A stretch of 62,921 nt of DNA, counting the filler, from Reticulomyxa filosa (taxonomy: Eukaryota; Protista; Foraminifera), in NCBI GenBank assembly GCA_000512085.1. It is 17 parts of 17 records of this genome, joined end to end, with 100 filler letters (N's around TTAATTAATTAA, not from the genome) between each part and the next. Parts side by side here need not be neighbours in the genome. Positions count along the whole stretch, not along the records: positions 10,213 to 24,486 come from ASPP01005227.1; 16 more parts are not named here. One strand, written 5' to 3'. The first letter of the stretch is position 1; every line of letters begins with the position of its first letter. The notes under the pieces were generated by a model. That model had not been told where the DNA came from. It was given only the letters and a program-made list of their open reading frames with translations, and did not search any database. The position numbers and the translations under genes are program-made. This document shows, piece by piece, positions 10,649 through 24,095 of this stretch.

Positions 10649-13248
10649 TTGCACTTTTATCTTTTCACTCGACATCGCAAGGGGTAAATAGGTTACAAAA
10701 ACGATACAGACACAATACAGACGACATGATACTATTTGATTCGTTGTTTGTATTTGTGAAGCTCATTTTTTTTTCTCTTTTATTTTTATTTGAGTAGTTT
10801 ATTAGTATTTGATAGACATTGTGGACATTAATATGCTTTGATAACACTAACCGAACACAGCGAATGATGCGCAAATTCAATTTGCGACATCAATAATTTT
10901 GATATTTTTTTTCAATATTAACAGATTGGCTTTTTTTATTTTTTACATTTTATTTTTTCTTGTTTTTTTTCTCCATTGTTTTTTAACGGGTTTGCTTTGT
11001 GAGTTTTTTGTTGTCACTGTGGGTGCAAGGTGTTGTTTGCAACAAATTTCAAAATCTCTTGATAAAAAATGAACAGGTATTAATAGTTTTTTGGCTGTGT
11101 TTCTGCACTTTTTAACAACATAAAGAAATATCAAATCAAATGAAGATTTACTCGTGTTGCTCAATGTTCTTGTTATTATAGATTTACGAAAAAATAGTGT
11201 TTATTATTTTTTAGAATACTATCTACTAATTCGATTTTAAAAATTTCTTGCAACAAATAACTAATTTATGATTAGAACATGTGTAATTATTTAATATATG
11301 AATTAATTATTATAAAAGTATGTTAATGTATAATTCATCATAACAACTAATACAACAAGTCGAAATTGATTGTAAATTTAATGTTGGATTAAATAATACT
11401 ATATGCATATAAGCAAAGACTAGATCAGAAAGACTTATTTATCGTTTGAATGACTATAATATATATAGCCTTGACTAATTATGACTTAGCATACACTAAC
11501 ATACCATAATGTGCTAAGTCATAAAGTATACTATTGTACCTTGGCCTACATCGATTTAAGCGATACTGTATGTCACTTATGTATTCTCATATGACTAGTA
11601 GTCTACCATATATGACAAAGTTTGGCCTAGTGATCGGTATCATAATCACTAAAACTAAAATAATAAGTGATTACATTGTAAATAAAACAAACTGATTTCA
11701 AGAAAAATTCTCAATGTAGTTTGTAATAAACTGAATGCAAGAAAAATAATATATCTTTAACATGGAAACTAATACAAATAACATTGAAGACTGAAACAAA
11801 CGGAAATTAACAACAGCCAATTTAAAGTCATAATATGCTAGAAAAAAATTTTCAATTGTCGATACTTGCAACGCTTAGCTGCTGGTTAATAGAAGATGCT
11901 TAAAAAAAACTAATTTGCTCGTCTAACTCAAACTTAGTCAGTTGACATGTGGATATTTCAAAAGAAATTGTGAAATTAATCTACATTGACATGACAGTCA
12001 TTGATAAAGTTAGCAATACTGAAGTAAAATGACGTTCGACTTCAGAAAAAGAAGTTTTAAGTCAGAGCAAAAGTACAATATCAAGAAACAAAAAGAAAAT
12101 ATAAACGAAAAAGCGAAACAAGAAAGAAAAAAAAGTTTTAACTTTTTTATTATGTTTGTTTTTTTTATAGCAATAGTTATATTGTGATGAAAATTGAAGT
12201 GTTTAGTTTACTATTGTAATTTGATGAATATTTAACATTCAAGCATATGGCATCACCATTTGCTTCTGTCTTGAGAATATAATCGTAATCACAAATTGGT
12301 CCTTTGATTCACTATTACCAGGAATTTTTTATGTAAATAACTGCGTCGCATTTGTTAACAAATACGATGCAAGTAACATTATATGCTTTCTAAAATATTT
12401 GCTGATAAAAAACAATTGCATTGAAATTTATTTTGAAAAGATCTTCTTAAATCAAATAAGTTTTCTGATAATTACATTTTGTCTGTTTGTTTCACTTGAA
12501 TGTGTTACCTTTTTTTTAAATAATCGCATAATATTGCATTTATATTGATCTTTTAGGAAGAAATGAATGTATGAGATAGATGATGAATAAATCGTGGAAT
12601 AGTCATGGAAAACAAAAAGTAAATAAATAAAAAACAAAACGAAAATAAACAAATAAAAGCATACCAAAAACTTTTTTTTGTTTTTTTTAAATATCATCAT
12701 TTAATAATTAGTCGTCGTCCTATTCTTCTCCCTCAGGTAAAAAAAAAATATGCTTTCATCGCTGCTGCTTGAGTCACGTTTTTTGAGTCGGGTGTTGGAT
12801 TTCTTTTTATTTGTAATTTTATTTTCTTTGTTTTTAACTTACAGAACAAAAATTATTGACCTCTTTGATGTGTACGTATGTATCATGAATTAGTTTTAAA
12901 AAAGCTCCGCTTATCTTGATGCTTCTCAAAGGAAACTTTTTTAATAGATTTTTTCTCTTACTCTGTTTTTTGGAAAAAGATACAAGATAGGAGGCATATA
13001 TCTAAGAATATATTATAATAAATGGGCATTTCAAAAACGTCTTTATGGTACTAAAAATATGTTGCACTTTTCAAAATGATCTATCAATTATAATTATGTC
13101 ATTGTGCGACACAATCAATATTGTAATATTATGATAAGGAAATGACAATTTTTGTTTTCTTAGTCTTTGTTTTTTTTAAGGGAAATTATATGAAAAAAGC
13201 CATTCTTTAAAAAGCTAAAAAAAAGAAAGAAAGAAAGAAACAAACTAA

Positions 13249-14408
13249 TCACTCCATAAATGTGGAATCAGTAAAAACATGATTTTGATCATGAAGTGGT
13301 TTTTGTAAAGGTTGATTTTCCAACTCTTCATCATTGTCGTCTTCGTTATTTTGGTCGAGGGTCTTATCTTTGGTTGTATATTGTATCTTGCTTATAGTCA
13401 CAACGGGAGTAAAATTGCCACCGACAGGCTTATTTTTGTTCTCAGCGACGTTTAGTTGTTTTTGTTTGGCACTCCACAAGACAAATAAAATGCGCAGAAC
13501 ATAGATTTCGACCAATAAATTCGCGCCAATAAAGATTGGTGCCAAAATTTTCGTGTTTAATTGCATTTTGTGACTCTTCATCCCCGCCCAAAAAAAATTG
13601 CTGGCAAAACAAGAAATGTCCAAAATGAAATGAATCCCTGGATTATCAATCGACATTTTAATGCCATTGCTTTGTAATATATTGATTCACTTAAATGATA
13701 GATGACCATTCCTTAATTTATTTAAAAAAATTGTAAGTATACATTAACAAATTTATAAACATATTTAAAACAAGTGTATATGTATACCCGGCTGGTACAC
13801 ACAAAAAGCACTACCACCCAACGCGATCCACAATATACATTGAGTATACCACGGATCACCCCTTGATCTAGCCACCGGAGATTTTGGATCAAGCAGAGTT
13901 ATCGCAATGCCCACAATTGTTAAGTGATGTACCTGTTTTGTTTTTTTTTTCAATTAAAAAAAAGAAATTAATTAACTAAAAAAAAAAAAAAAGCGAACCC
14001 AAAAATCCCATGTCAATTCTGGAATTCGACAGAGCTCGAACAATGCACCTTGACAATAAATAATAAGTGTCAGTTGTAATGCCACAGCTGCCGACAATTG
14101 CTATGATCCACAACTAAGCCATGTTGAAATGATGAAAAACTCGCCACGTACAATAGAAAAATTAAACACAAAAAACGATAGATCATTGACGTTATGTACA
14201 TTACTACTTTTCTTTTGCGAATATTATCGATTGTTCGATATTGTGGAGATTTTTTACTTAAAACAAAGTCGAAAAAAGCTGAAGACACTAAAAAAAAGAA
14301 AAATGTTGTCATTATGCCCGCACTGGGGCTCACTTGGCAATGATACACATAGTTCAACGTGCTGTTGGATACACGATTTGAGCCCAGAACAATATTATGA
14401 TTCTCCAT
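13249..14408 (-). CDS. Multi-pass membrane protein, TLC (TRAM/LAG1/CLN8)-like
   Basis: Three hydrophobic exons. After a 1-nt frameshift near 14090 the reading continues IIYCQGALFELCRIPELTWDFW|VHHLTIVGIAI, a TLC-like FEL...W.HH motif. Acidic C-terminal tail. Confidence 0.6.
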
Positions 14409-14860
14409 GGATGAATATCTTTTTGCCAAATTAAGAAAAAAAGGGCCAAGAAAAAAACAAAAACAAACTAACGAATATATTTGCAAAAGATACCAAGTAA
14501 CTTACAAAAAAGCGAATATTTATTTCGTCTTGACTAAAAATTTTTAACATTGTGAAAAATTTGACACATGTTATTGCGACCGTGACGATAGTCAACATTT
14601 TCTACAAAAGTTAAAAAAACATTACAATCACACAGATTGACCTATGCGTTTATATAAATGTAATGGATATTAATTTGAAAAAAACAATCAAGGACGTTAT
14701 TGAACAAGCAATCGCTTATGATCAGCTAAAAAAACTGAGGAACTATCAAATAAAATTATCCACATTTGAGGACAGAGAAAGGTCGGAAAGTATTTTAACA
14801 TGATTGGAGTACACAACTAATCAGAAGGAACATATATGAATATATATTTTTTTAATTTTC

Positions 14861-17800
14861 CTATTCGCAATATTTGCGACAGAAATTTTCTCCCACAATC
14901 ATAGACTGAAAGACAAACATTACGTCGCTATCGGAATATTGCCCACATAAATGCTCGACACGTTGTGCCAAAAGTTCTGGACCCACAAAATACACTCCGA
15001 CATTGCAATATATCAAATCTGTATACATAATTTTTTTTTTTTGAGCTAACAAAAAAAAAAAGGACTCTAAATAATCATTTACCTGTAGAATTGTCTGTGG
15101 TTCGCGATCTGACTCCATTTTGAATATTATCAACATTCTCCAAAGCGATAACCGACGTCGGACAGGACTTGAGTAGAAACTCTCTTCGCGTTTCGACATA
15201 ATTGGTCATATCTTGACGCAATTTCTGAAAGATAGTTCGAAGATCGGGTGATGAAATTTGGATTTGGTTGGGCTCGACATTGGGAGGCAGACCCGAAAAC
15301 CTCGGCGATACGGAGTTGTTACTGACGCCATCATACGACGCATTTGAATTCCTCACAAGGCCGTTTTTGATTACTTTGGAAAAGCGATATCGATGTGGAG
15401 CCTTTATTTTTTCGTTCCCCCCAAAATGATCATGATACCCCTTCTCTTCCTTCAAAATAAATAAACAGATAGATAGATAACTGAGTATACATTGCGACAT
15501 GAAAATTGTGGGTCATTGGCCGAAATGTCGTGGTGAAGATGATGTGCTAAAGGCTGAGAAAATTCGCGCCGCAAAGGCAAGAAAAAATTTGGACCAGAAT
15601 CTCTTACAGTGGACGACTGTATTGTGGATGTGATAAAAATTTGCACATCGAATTTTTTGTGTTTCGCTTTGAGCTCTTTCAGCAATTTGTAAAACCAATG
15701 GGCAGTGTTGTTTGGAGAAATCATCCAACAAAAATAGATATGCAATAATGGCTGTGTTGAGTGTTCCAACAATGAGCAGCAATGCACTAGTAATGAAGCT
15801 ACCGCTACAATACCGTCTCCAGACACAACAATCAATAAGGAGTCATGTTTGTTATTCATTTGATTGTTTTCTGTAATTGCTGCACCTAATTAAAAAAAAA
15901 AAGAAAAACAGGTTGCATGTTTGAAATTCAAATTTTTGCCACGTCATCATTGTTTTTTTTTTAAAAAAAACAAAGCTTACCAAAAGGTCCAAATATTTTG
16001 AGGGCAGGACGTGGGTTATTTTTTTCCCTGTCAAAGCGTTCAACATTTTGTGACCCCATATCCCATCACAGAAAATGTGACATTGCAAATGAAGATCTTC
16101 AGGTGGACTTGTGATAAACAGGTAATGTCTGTCATGTTTAGAGAATTGAGGAACGCACAATTGCATGTACTGCCCACATTTGTGTTGGAAGTTTTTCGGC
16201 TTGACCAATGTCAAAACCAAACAGTTTGGTCTCTCTGTGGTCACAGATACAATCTCTGTCCATTCATACCTCACAAAGTGATTATAACAATAAAACGTAA
16301 GAATTACTACAATCACTATAAATGCCGTCACTCCAAAGAAACTCTCTTGCAGCAACAAATTCCAAGAGCTATCTCTTGAACTGAAAATATGAATTATTGT
16401 CATAGCGACAAATACAACTTGCAAAAATACAAAGATTGTTTTCTTTTTGTGATTTTGAGCAACACAGAAGGAAGGCAAGCGGGCCAATCTGTAATACATT
16501 ACCAAAAGGAGGAATAAAAACAACAGCACATATCCTGTGATTGCCTTGCTTTTAACAGAGGTGGTAATCAGAATTGCACTTGCGCAATGCGGTACTGCCA
16601 ACCAAATCAAGAGGACATGCAAGAAGTGAACAAACTTGATTGAAGTAAAATACAATAATGCATTCATCGCTATGGATCGCTCATTTAAAATCAAGTGTTT
16701 ACTCAAAATTGAATATAGTCGAGGAAATTGAGATGTTGTGATTACAACACTGAGCCCAACACCTATTTTATATTTTTTTTTTTAAAAAAGGGGGCACTGC
16801 ATAATGAATCATTCCATGAGCATTTGCGTTTTGCATTTGTTTGAGAGGTTAAGATTTGTAAACAAACCTGAGAGATAGCAAATCAATTGTAATACGACGG
16901 AAAGCTTACTAGTATCAAGATCGGAAGAAAAGACGTGAACAAAGACAAACCATCGTGTGAGCAGCACGATGGTAACGACCAACAACAAAATGGCAATGTA
17001 AGTTGTCTGTGCCCACACATGAAACGAGTGACTTAAAAGGCGTTCCGCAACGCCCTTAATCGATTTGCAATGTGTGGCAAAGCAGGACATTTTGATAGGA
17101 TTTGGATTGAATGCCTTGAGATGAATTTGCAAGGGCGGTTTGCGGCCATGATGAACCCCACTGAAACTGTCGTTAGGGAGACAAGCGCTGTTGTTTGCAG
17201 CATCCAACGGCGAACAGCTGCCTTTGTGGCGTTCAGTCGAATTGGAACTGCATTGACTTGTGGTGGTCGCAACCCCGACAAACTTGTCAACGTGATTGAA
17301 CGTAGTCACGGTCGCTTTTTTTTTTTTTCGGGGGGTGACGAGGGTACCAAATACGGTGTTTCGCGACATGTAGTCACTTTCTGATCCCGGTGTTTGGTCC
17401 TCGCTTTTTTCAGTTTCCACCAAGTTTAAGTTTGTTATTTTGCTATTTTTTAATCGGTTCACAATCATTGTGGCCACATTTTTTTTTATGCGCATTCCTT
17501 CCAAATCCACTACATTCAGTGTTTTCAGATCCTCTACACTGTCCACAAAGTGGTCGCGAAGCACATCTTGAATGTTGTCCACAAAGTCACTGCTCAGTTC
17601 CGTGGCTGTTTCTTCTAAAAATTGGTGCATCTGAGAAGTGAGAAGATAAACATTTTTAAACCTTTTTTTAATTTTTTTAAAAAAAAGTTTTGTCTGACTG
17701 AACTTGCACATCTTGTGAACTAATATGCCGCAATTTGGATTTTTCATTAGACAAAATATCTCTCAACCAATGTTTGTTGACAGTGAAAGCAGTCAGGAAT

Positions 17801-19393
17801 TCGCGGTTTTTGGTAATTTTAAAAAATGTGTTTTGATCAAATTTTTCCATTTTATATTCGTCTTTCAATTCTTGCATCAATCTTTTCACTTCGTCTTTGA
17901 ATCGGTCTCTTGGATTGCTCAAATGAAATTTATTCGCGCCTGTAGCCATTTTCACAAAGTTGCGTGAAATCTTTCGATTGCTACTTTTGTGATTACTGGT
18001 GTGGCTGGAGTTGTCTTCCGATTGATAATGTCTTGTACTCGGAGATGCTACTAGTCCCATTTTGTCCTCTTTCTTTTCGCCGTTGGACTTGCTTGTGTTG
18101 ATTTGATCATTAAAAAACGTCCATGAATCCATCATCACTTGCTCAATTTCTTCGATATTAACGAATCCATCTTCATTGATATCAAAGACGTGAAACGCCA
18201 AATTCGTGCGTTGTTCAATTGACGTACGTGTTGATAGACATACTGCCGTGGCCAAAAATGTTTCCAAATTCACTCTAATGCTTGACATTTGCCCTTGTTG
18301 AAGTGCAATCTTTATTTTCTTTTCGTCACAAAACATAGCTGCTTCCCCATCTTCTGCACTTGCTAGTTCACATTTGGCATTTCCATCTTCTAATGTCTCA
18401 TGTTGCCATACCTAAAAACAATCAGACATATTTTTTTAAAAAAATTTATTTAAAAATTACCCCCTTTTTTTTTTCTCAGCGTTAACGTGTACATGACACA
18501 AGATTCCTTCTGCTATTCTCCAACTAACTCCAAACGTTTCCGCAAATTTTTGCACAGATAAGTATTTATCTTGTACGTCACATCGGGAGTAAAATTGTTT
18601 AGCCAATAATTGTGTTTCAATATTATCGATTGGGAACTTTTCTAAAATCTGTCTCAAACGGGCCCCCCGTACCAAAACAGGCGGACTTACAATGTATTCT
18701 GCTTGCAGAGGAGGAGTTATTGGATTGACGGGCACACTAACGCTCATGGGAGATGGAAAACCATGATAACTATGACATTGTCTTGCTACATCCAAATAGT
18801 TGATGTTTTCATCCTGTTTTTTCGTTGCCAATGACTCGAGTCTTTGTTGAAATTTTTGAAATTTTATATTTTGTTCTTCGTTCACTTCTTCTGAGCTTAG
18901 ATTTTGTTCTTCAATTTTTGGTTCGTCAGCAATTAATTCGAATGTAAATGGCGGTGCTGAGTGTTAAAAATTAAATATAATGTGTAAAAAATTTTTTAAA
19001 ACATCTTGAAAATATAATTATACAGTAATTTTGTCTTTTCCCACAATTTGCTGTACTGTCAGCTGCTTGACTCTCCATTTCAGATTGTAGTGATATATTA
19101 CATTCAAGCACAGCTAATTCATCTATTCTTGGTTCTGTACCGTGTGGTCCTGTCGCTTCAGTTACAACATTGAGTTCGTCCAAGTTTTTAGTTGTTTTGG
19201 GACGTGGGGGCGTGGCAGGTGCTGTTGAACTAACACTTATTTTATTGGTTTCTGGTAATTGTATTTGCAAGGTATTTTCTTTATTCCATTCATGAGACAG
19301 TGAAAAGACGTCACTGCTACTTTGTGAGGCTTTTATGACCATCACAAGTTCTTTGTCCGTTTGTTGATTTGGGAAGGTTGTCTCGTTTGTCAT
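14861..19393 (-). CDS. NOX5/RBOH-like ferric reductase-domain protein: EF-hand + SAM-like + transmembrane + FAD-binding + NADPH-binding domains, catalytic motifs degenerate
   Basis: EF-hand AFHVFDINEDGFVNIEEI. TM region with VHFLHVLLIWLAVPH and ITGYVLL. FAD domain FQHKCGQYMQLCVPQFSKHDRHYLFITSPPED...HIFCDGIW. NAD domain IVVSGDGI and YFCWM. C-terminus VGVYFVGPELLAQRVEHLC...GENF. About 7-8 exons with GT-AG introns, e.g. 17662-17698. Confidence 0.85.
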
Positions 19394-20220
19394 ACTAATA
19401 AATATATGTTGAATAAATCAACAAACAAAATGTTTTAAATATATTGTATCATTAGTTGTTCATAATTTTGCCTGAGGATTCCATTTTGCAATTATTTCAT
19501 TTTTTCTTGTCATGAGTCCCTATGTAATGACTTGATCATTTTATCTTGTGAGCACTTTGTAAAAATGTAATTTTAATTTTGCTTGACTAAAAGCATTATT
19601 CGATTATTCACTTTGAAATTTGACTTTTTTGTAAATAATTATTAAAACAAGGATAGTAATTATTCTTTTTACCCTTATAGTATAAGGCATCAAACAGAAA
19701 AAAACTTTCAGTATTTCATAAAGGATGTTGGCAATTCATAAACAAAAACCAAATCGCAAAAGATGAACAAAAAAGTAAATAAGTAAACTAAAATAGTGAA
19801 TTTAACAACGCCACAATTTACTGAAAAAATATAAGTCTTTTAGAAGCAAGCCTTTTTCATTTTTAAAATTATAACATTTGCTTACAAATGTTGGGCCATT
19901 TTTGAGTTTGTGCTTCGATCATCTCATGAAGTTCCGAATGTTTCTGCCATTATTTTTAGTAAATAAATTTATTCAAAATTTTTTTCTTATTAAATAATTA
20001 TTTTATTGATAACAGGGTTACTGTCCTGAAAACGTCTAAGAAAACACAAAACAGTATGTGTCAGCCCCCAAAAAAGAACATTGAAATTTTCTTGTGATTT
20101 AAATGCATGCTTTAAAAAAAAAAACAGAAGCTGATATTGATGCAGAACGTATCAAGAGGAAAGGCTCAGTTTAGTAATTTTTGATTGCATATGATCGTCG
20201 TTTCTGTATAATACAAAAAA

Positions 20221-21158
20221 GGTCTTGTTTCACTTTTTCCCGGATTTTTTCATATCAACACATTATGAAGAAAGTAAAAATCTGGGGGTCATGATTTGAG
20301 GACAGGGCTGGGTTCCGGATAAAGAAGCTCCAGAATGCATGATTTGCCACACAAAATTTGGATTGATTGGCAAAAATCGACGAGTTTTTTTTTTTAATTG
20401 TTTTATTTTTATTGTATCCTCCTTTTCCTTGTTGCCTTTTAAAAAAAAATGAATTTCTAAAAGCAAACAAACAAACAAAAAAATTTAAGCATCACTGCCG
20501 CAAATGTGGACGTGTGGTATGTGGAAAATGTTCTCCACATGTGGTGACATTTCAAAAAGGGAAGAGCAAGAGCAAGAAGCGCGTATGTAATGAATGTTTC
20601 GGTGGTATTGGCCCAGCTCACATGCAATCCAATGCAAGTGAATCAAGTAAAAAAATGACTCTTGAAACAAATTCAAATTCTGATAATCCCGACAATGATA
20701 CCGACTCGGGTGGGTAGTTGTAGTATGTATGTTATGTGTATACATATACATATACATGTACATACATATTTATGTGTACATAAATATATAAAATGTGTGA
20801 TGCAACATAAAAATGGCACGTAGAAACGAACGACTTTCAAGCGAAAAAAAGCTCAGTGAAGCGAAACAGCAATTCGAAGTTGAAGACAAATTCCAATGTC
20901 AATGGCCAAGAAACAAACACAAACCATAGTCCCAATGCTCACGAAAAAAAGCGAAGTCTTTCACAACACAAATTCGCAATTGGTCACACTAACAAAGGCG
21001 AATCTTTTGGCATCGACAAACGACCCTTGTTGCTACACCCAGACGGAGACGATAATGAGCACGACAACGATGGTGATAATGATGATACCGATAATGAACA
21101 TTCTACTGTTTCACACCATCGCGATTCTAACTGTTGTCATAAATGCATTATTTTATAA
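20221..21158 (+). CDS. FYVE zinc-finger protein with C-terminal CaaX box
   Basis: WVPDKEAPECMICHTKFGLIGKNRR|HHCRKCGRVVCGKCS...KRVCNECF contains WxxD, RRHHCR and RVC (intron 20384-20489). Last exon 20824-21158 ends NCCHKCIIL*. The 5' end is uncertain because of an in-frame TGA or frameshift near 20297. Confidence 0.85.
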
Positions 21159-22200
21159 TATGAAAAAAATTATAATGGTGTTACAGACAAATTAAAGTTT
21201 TTCAGCTGAACGCCGTTTTCTTTTTTTTTTTTTGTAAATCAAAAAGTAATGGTAATAATAATATGGTTTATTTGTGAGTTTTTAAAAAGCACAAATGAAG
21301 TGAGACAGCAGTTACATTATTAATTAGCGCAAGGAACGGCTATCACTGAGTAAACATAACACTACCAAAAATCAAACCATTACTTGCTTTGATTTTACAC
21401 AAAAACATGATATTTTCTTTATTTTTATCGTTTCGTTTTTTTGTCACATATCAAGTGTTTAATTTTTGGACGGGCTGTGGCATGTTTGCCAATTCCAAAA
21501 ATTATAACATTTTATACTTTCTTTTAAAACAAAGTTTTTCGAGTCTTCACAATGCAAATTTCACAGCGGATGCAAACTCTATTGGCTTTTGTTGATAAAA
21601 TAAAATACTCATTATTGGTAACGAAAAAAACAATTACTGCTTTTTATTCACTGTTCAAACTGTATTGTTAATTTTTGTACTTTTTAAAAGACAAAATAAA
21701 GAATAAAGAAAATATTATATGCTGAATGAACCAATTAATTCTGCATAATGTCAGAAGCATTAATTTTCAAATGTTTTTACCTTACCTTAAAGTAAGTGTA
21801 AAATTTATTTGTCTTATTTGCTTATTTTTCTTTTTTGTTGAAATTTATGTAAAGTAGATATATTAAACTTGTGACTTTGATCCCATTTTACTTACACAAA
21901 ATATGTTATAATACTAAACATTTTTAATTTGGATTACCTAACTCGGTTCATCAATACACAAACAGTGGATATTATATTCAGAAAGAATTAAATAAAAACC
22001 TAAAGAATATCGAATTATTAAATAGTAAATTTGGTCATTGTTTATTACGAGCACTGCAGCTCAACATAGTCTTATCTCTACAGTGTTCTAAAAGACTCTA
22101 AGTTTTCGTGTTTAGTGAACTAACAGGCGTTCACCAAAACTGCTAAAAAACCCTTGATTCAGCAAGAAATAAAGGCCAACAGTTCTCCACAAACAGTATA

Positions 22201-23284
22201 ATGAACCCAGTAATCCAAGTAGGATTATGGATGATCCCTTTGGAAATTATTTCGTCAGGCATAGTCGCCGAGCTTGCACGACGTTCGAAGCTTGTTCATT
22301 GCATTGTGATGTTTGTGCTTCCGTCGTGTTTAGCACCGTATTGGTGGTTCTACACGATCGACAAAGGTGACCAGTTTATAATTGCGAAAGTATACAGCGT
22401 GACTTGTTTGGGTGGTATTTCAATATACTTGCACCGGTGGATATTAAACGTCGATTTGAAAAAGAAATGGACAAAGGAACGTTTTGGCTGGTGGCGCTGG
22501 GCAGAAGCGGCATTTGCATACATGTCCCTGTTTATGAATATTTCAGAAGCAGTGGTACGTGACTTTGTGCAGCGCCGATACGTAAATGCAATTACCGGAA
22601 TTTTCTTGCTCTTGGGTCAAACGTTTGACGATGACATGCTTCAACCGGCAAGTGAGGGACCAACCTACGATGCACTTTGGGATCTTACGTAAGTTTCTGT
22701 TTGTTCGTACTATCTTTTTTTTTTTTTTTGTTTCCACTTTGCAAACTACTTTTTTTTTTTTTTTTTATTATCTTACTTTCAAATGAACAGTTGTTTGTTT
22801 ATTTATTTTTTTTTTTTATGTGGGTGTCAGTGGCACCAATGATCCAGATGACAGTAGGTATGACCATATTTATCCAGTTGCATATACCTTGTGGAATCAC
22901 GTATTTTGCTATGGCAGTTATCATCACTTAGGGGTTTTTCACTTGGCATCGCCTTGTTTATTGAGCTGGTGGAATGGATGGAACATGTTTATGATGTACC
23001 GGGCTTATGCACTATCGTTTGCTTTGCAAATAATGCTGTCCCATAAAAATGGCTCGTCATGGTTCTTTTGGGATAAACAGACCTATTACAATTTGTATTA
23101 CAATGACACGTATTATTCGTACTTTCAATGGGTGGCCTTGGGCTATGTCATCTTTGGCTTGTTGCTTCACCAGTTTCAATTGTACCGTCAAGACACTGAA
23201 AAAGGTCATGAAAAACGAATTATGAGCCCCTTTCAATGGTTGTTGCGCGCCTTTCGAGTCCCGAGAAAAACAAAAAAAGACTAG
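22201..23284 (+). CDS. DUF5692-like multi-pass membrane protein
   Basis: Two exons, 22201-22688 and 22831-23284 (phase-2 GT-AG intron). Motifs ELARRSK, AKVYS, NISEAVVRDF, NAITGI, AYTLWN and RAYAL occur in the order I recall for DUF5692. Confidence 0.72.
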
Positions 23285-24095
23285 CCTACTTTTACTAAAT
23301 TCATCTCTTTTTTTTTAATCTCGTCTTGTTTTATTTATTTTTTTCCTATTTTACTCTTATCCTTACTACTCAATTTTTTTAATGCTTTTTTTTTTGCTAC
23401 TGAAAGTTGTTGCCAATGCAAAAGTTTTTCCTTCATTGTCTGCGCCTCTTCGCAGGTGGTTCGCTTTTTTTGGTGTGGAGAATGCATTTTTGTTTTATGC
23501 TTTTCACACTCTTTTAATAACTATTTAGTTTATGGGCAATAATTGAAAATTTCACGTTACTACTTTTCGCAGAGCAAATCGGAACATTCTAAATATTCTT
23601 TTTATTACCGAAGAAGAAATTAATAACAAACAGCCTATAATATATTAATATAACTTCCATTATTCTTTTTAGGATTGACAAGCATTATATTAATTGATGG
23701 TATGTTCGTCTTAGAAAATTTTTTATTTAATGTTTCTTTTGGTTTTAAAATTTTCAATGTACGTATCAAAATTATATATTTTTCAGAGTTTTTTGGGTTT
23801 TAATGCTGTCAATAAATAAAGCTGTAGAATGGGTACTCTTTTATATTTTTCTGAAAAATTAAGTGTACGTCTAGCTTTGAACACTTTGCTTTATTTCTGG
23901 CAATTTCTGTTTGAAACGGGATATGTATTTTAATCTCTTTTATAATTGATGTATAAATTTCCATAGTCAATCTGTCATTAATAATATTGAAGTATTTGTC
24001 TTTCATCTTGAGAGTACTCAACAATTAGTTGTGCTGATTTTGGATTTTTATTTTTATTTTATGACGGAAACACTCCGAACTGTCTAAAAATAAAA

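Noticed and set aside
20290-20310. Alternative genetic code (TGA = Trp or Sec) suggested by in-frame TGAs at ~1578, ~20297 and ~29533
   Set aside because: TGA is the evident true stop of other genes (e.g. the 2OG oxygenase at 26729), conserved Trp residues use TGG, and at 1578 and 14070 homology continues in another frame rather than through the TGA.
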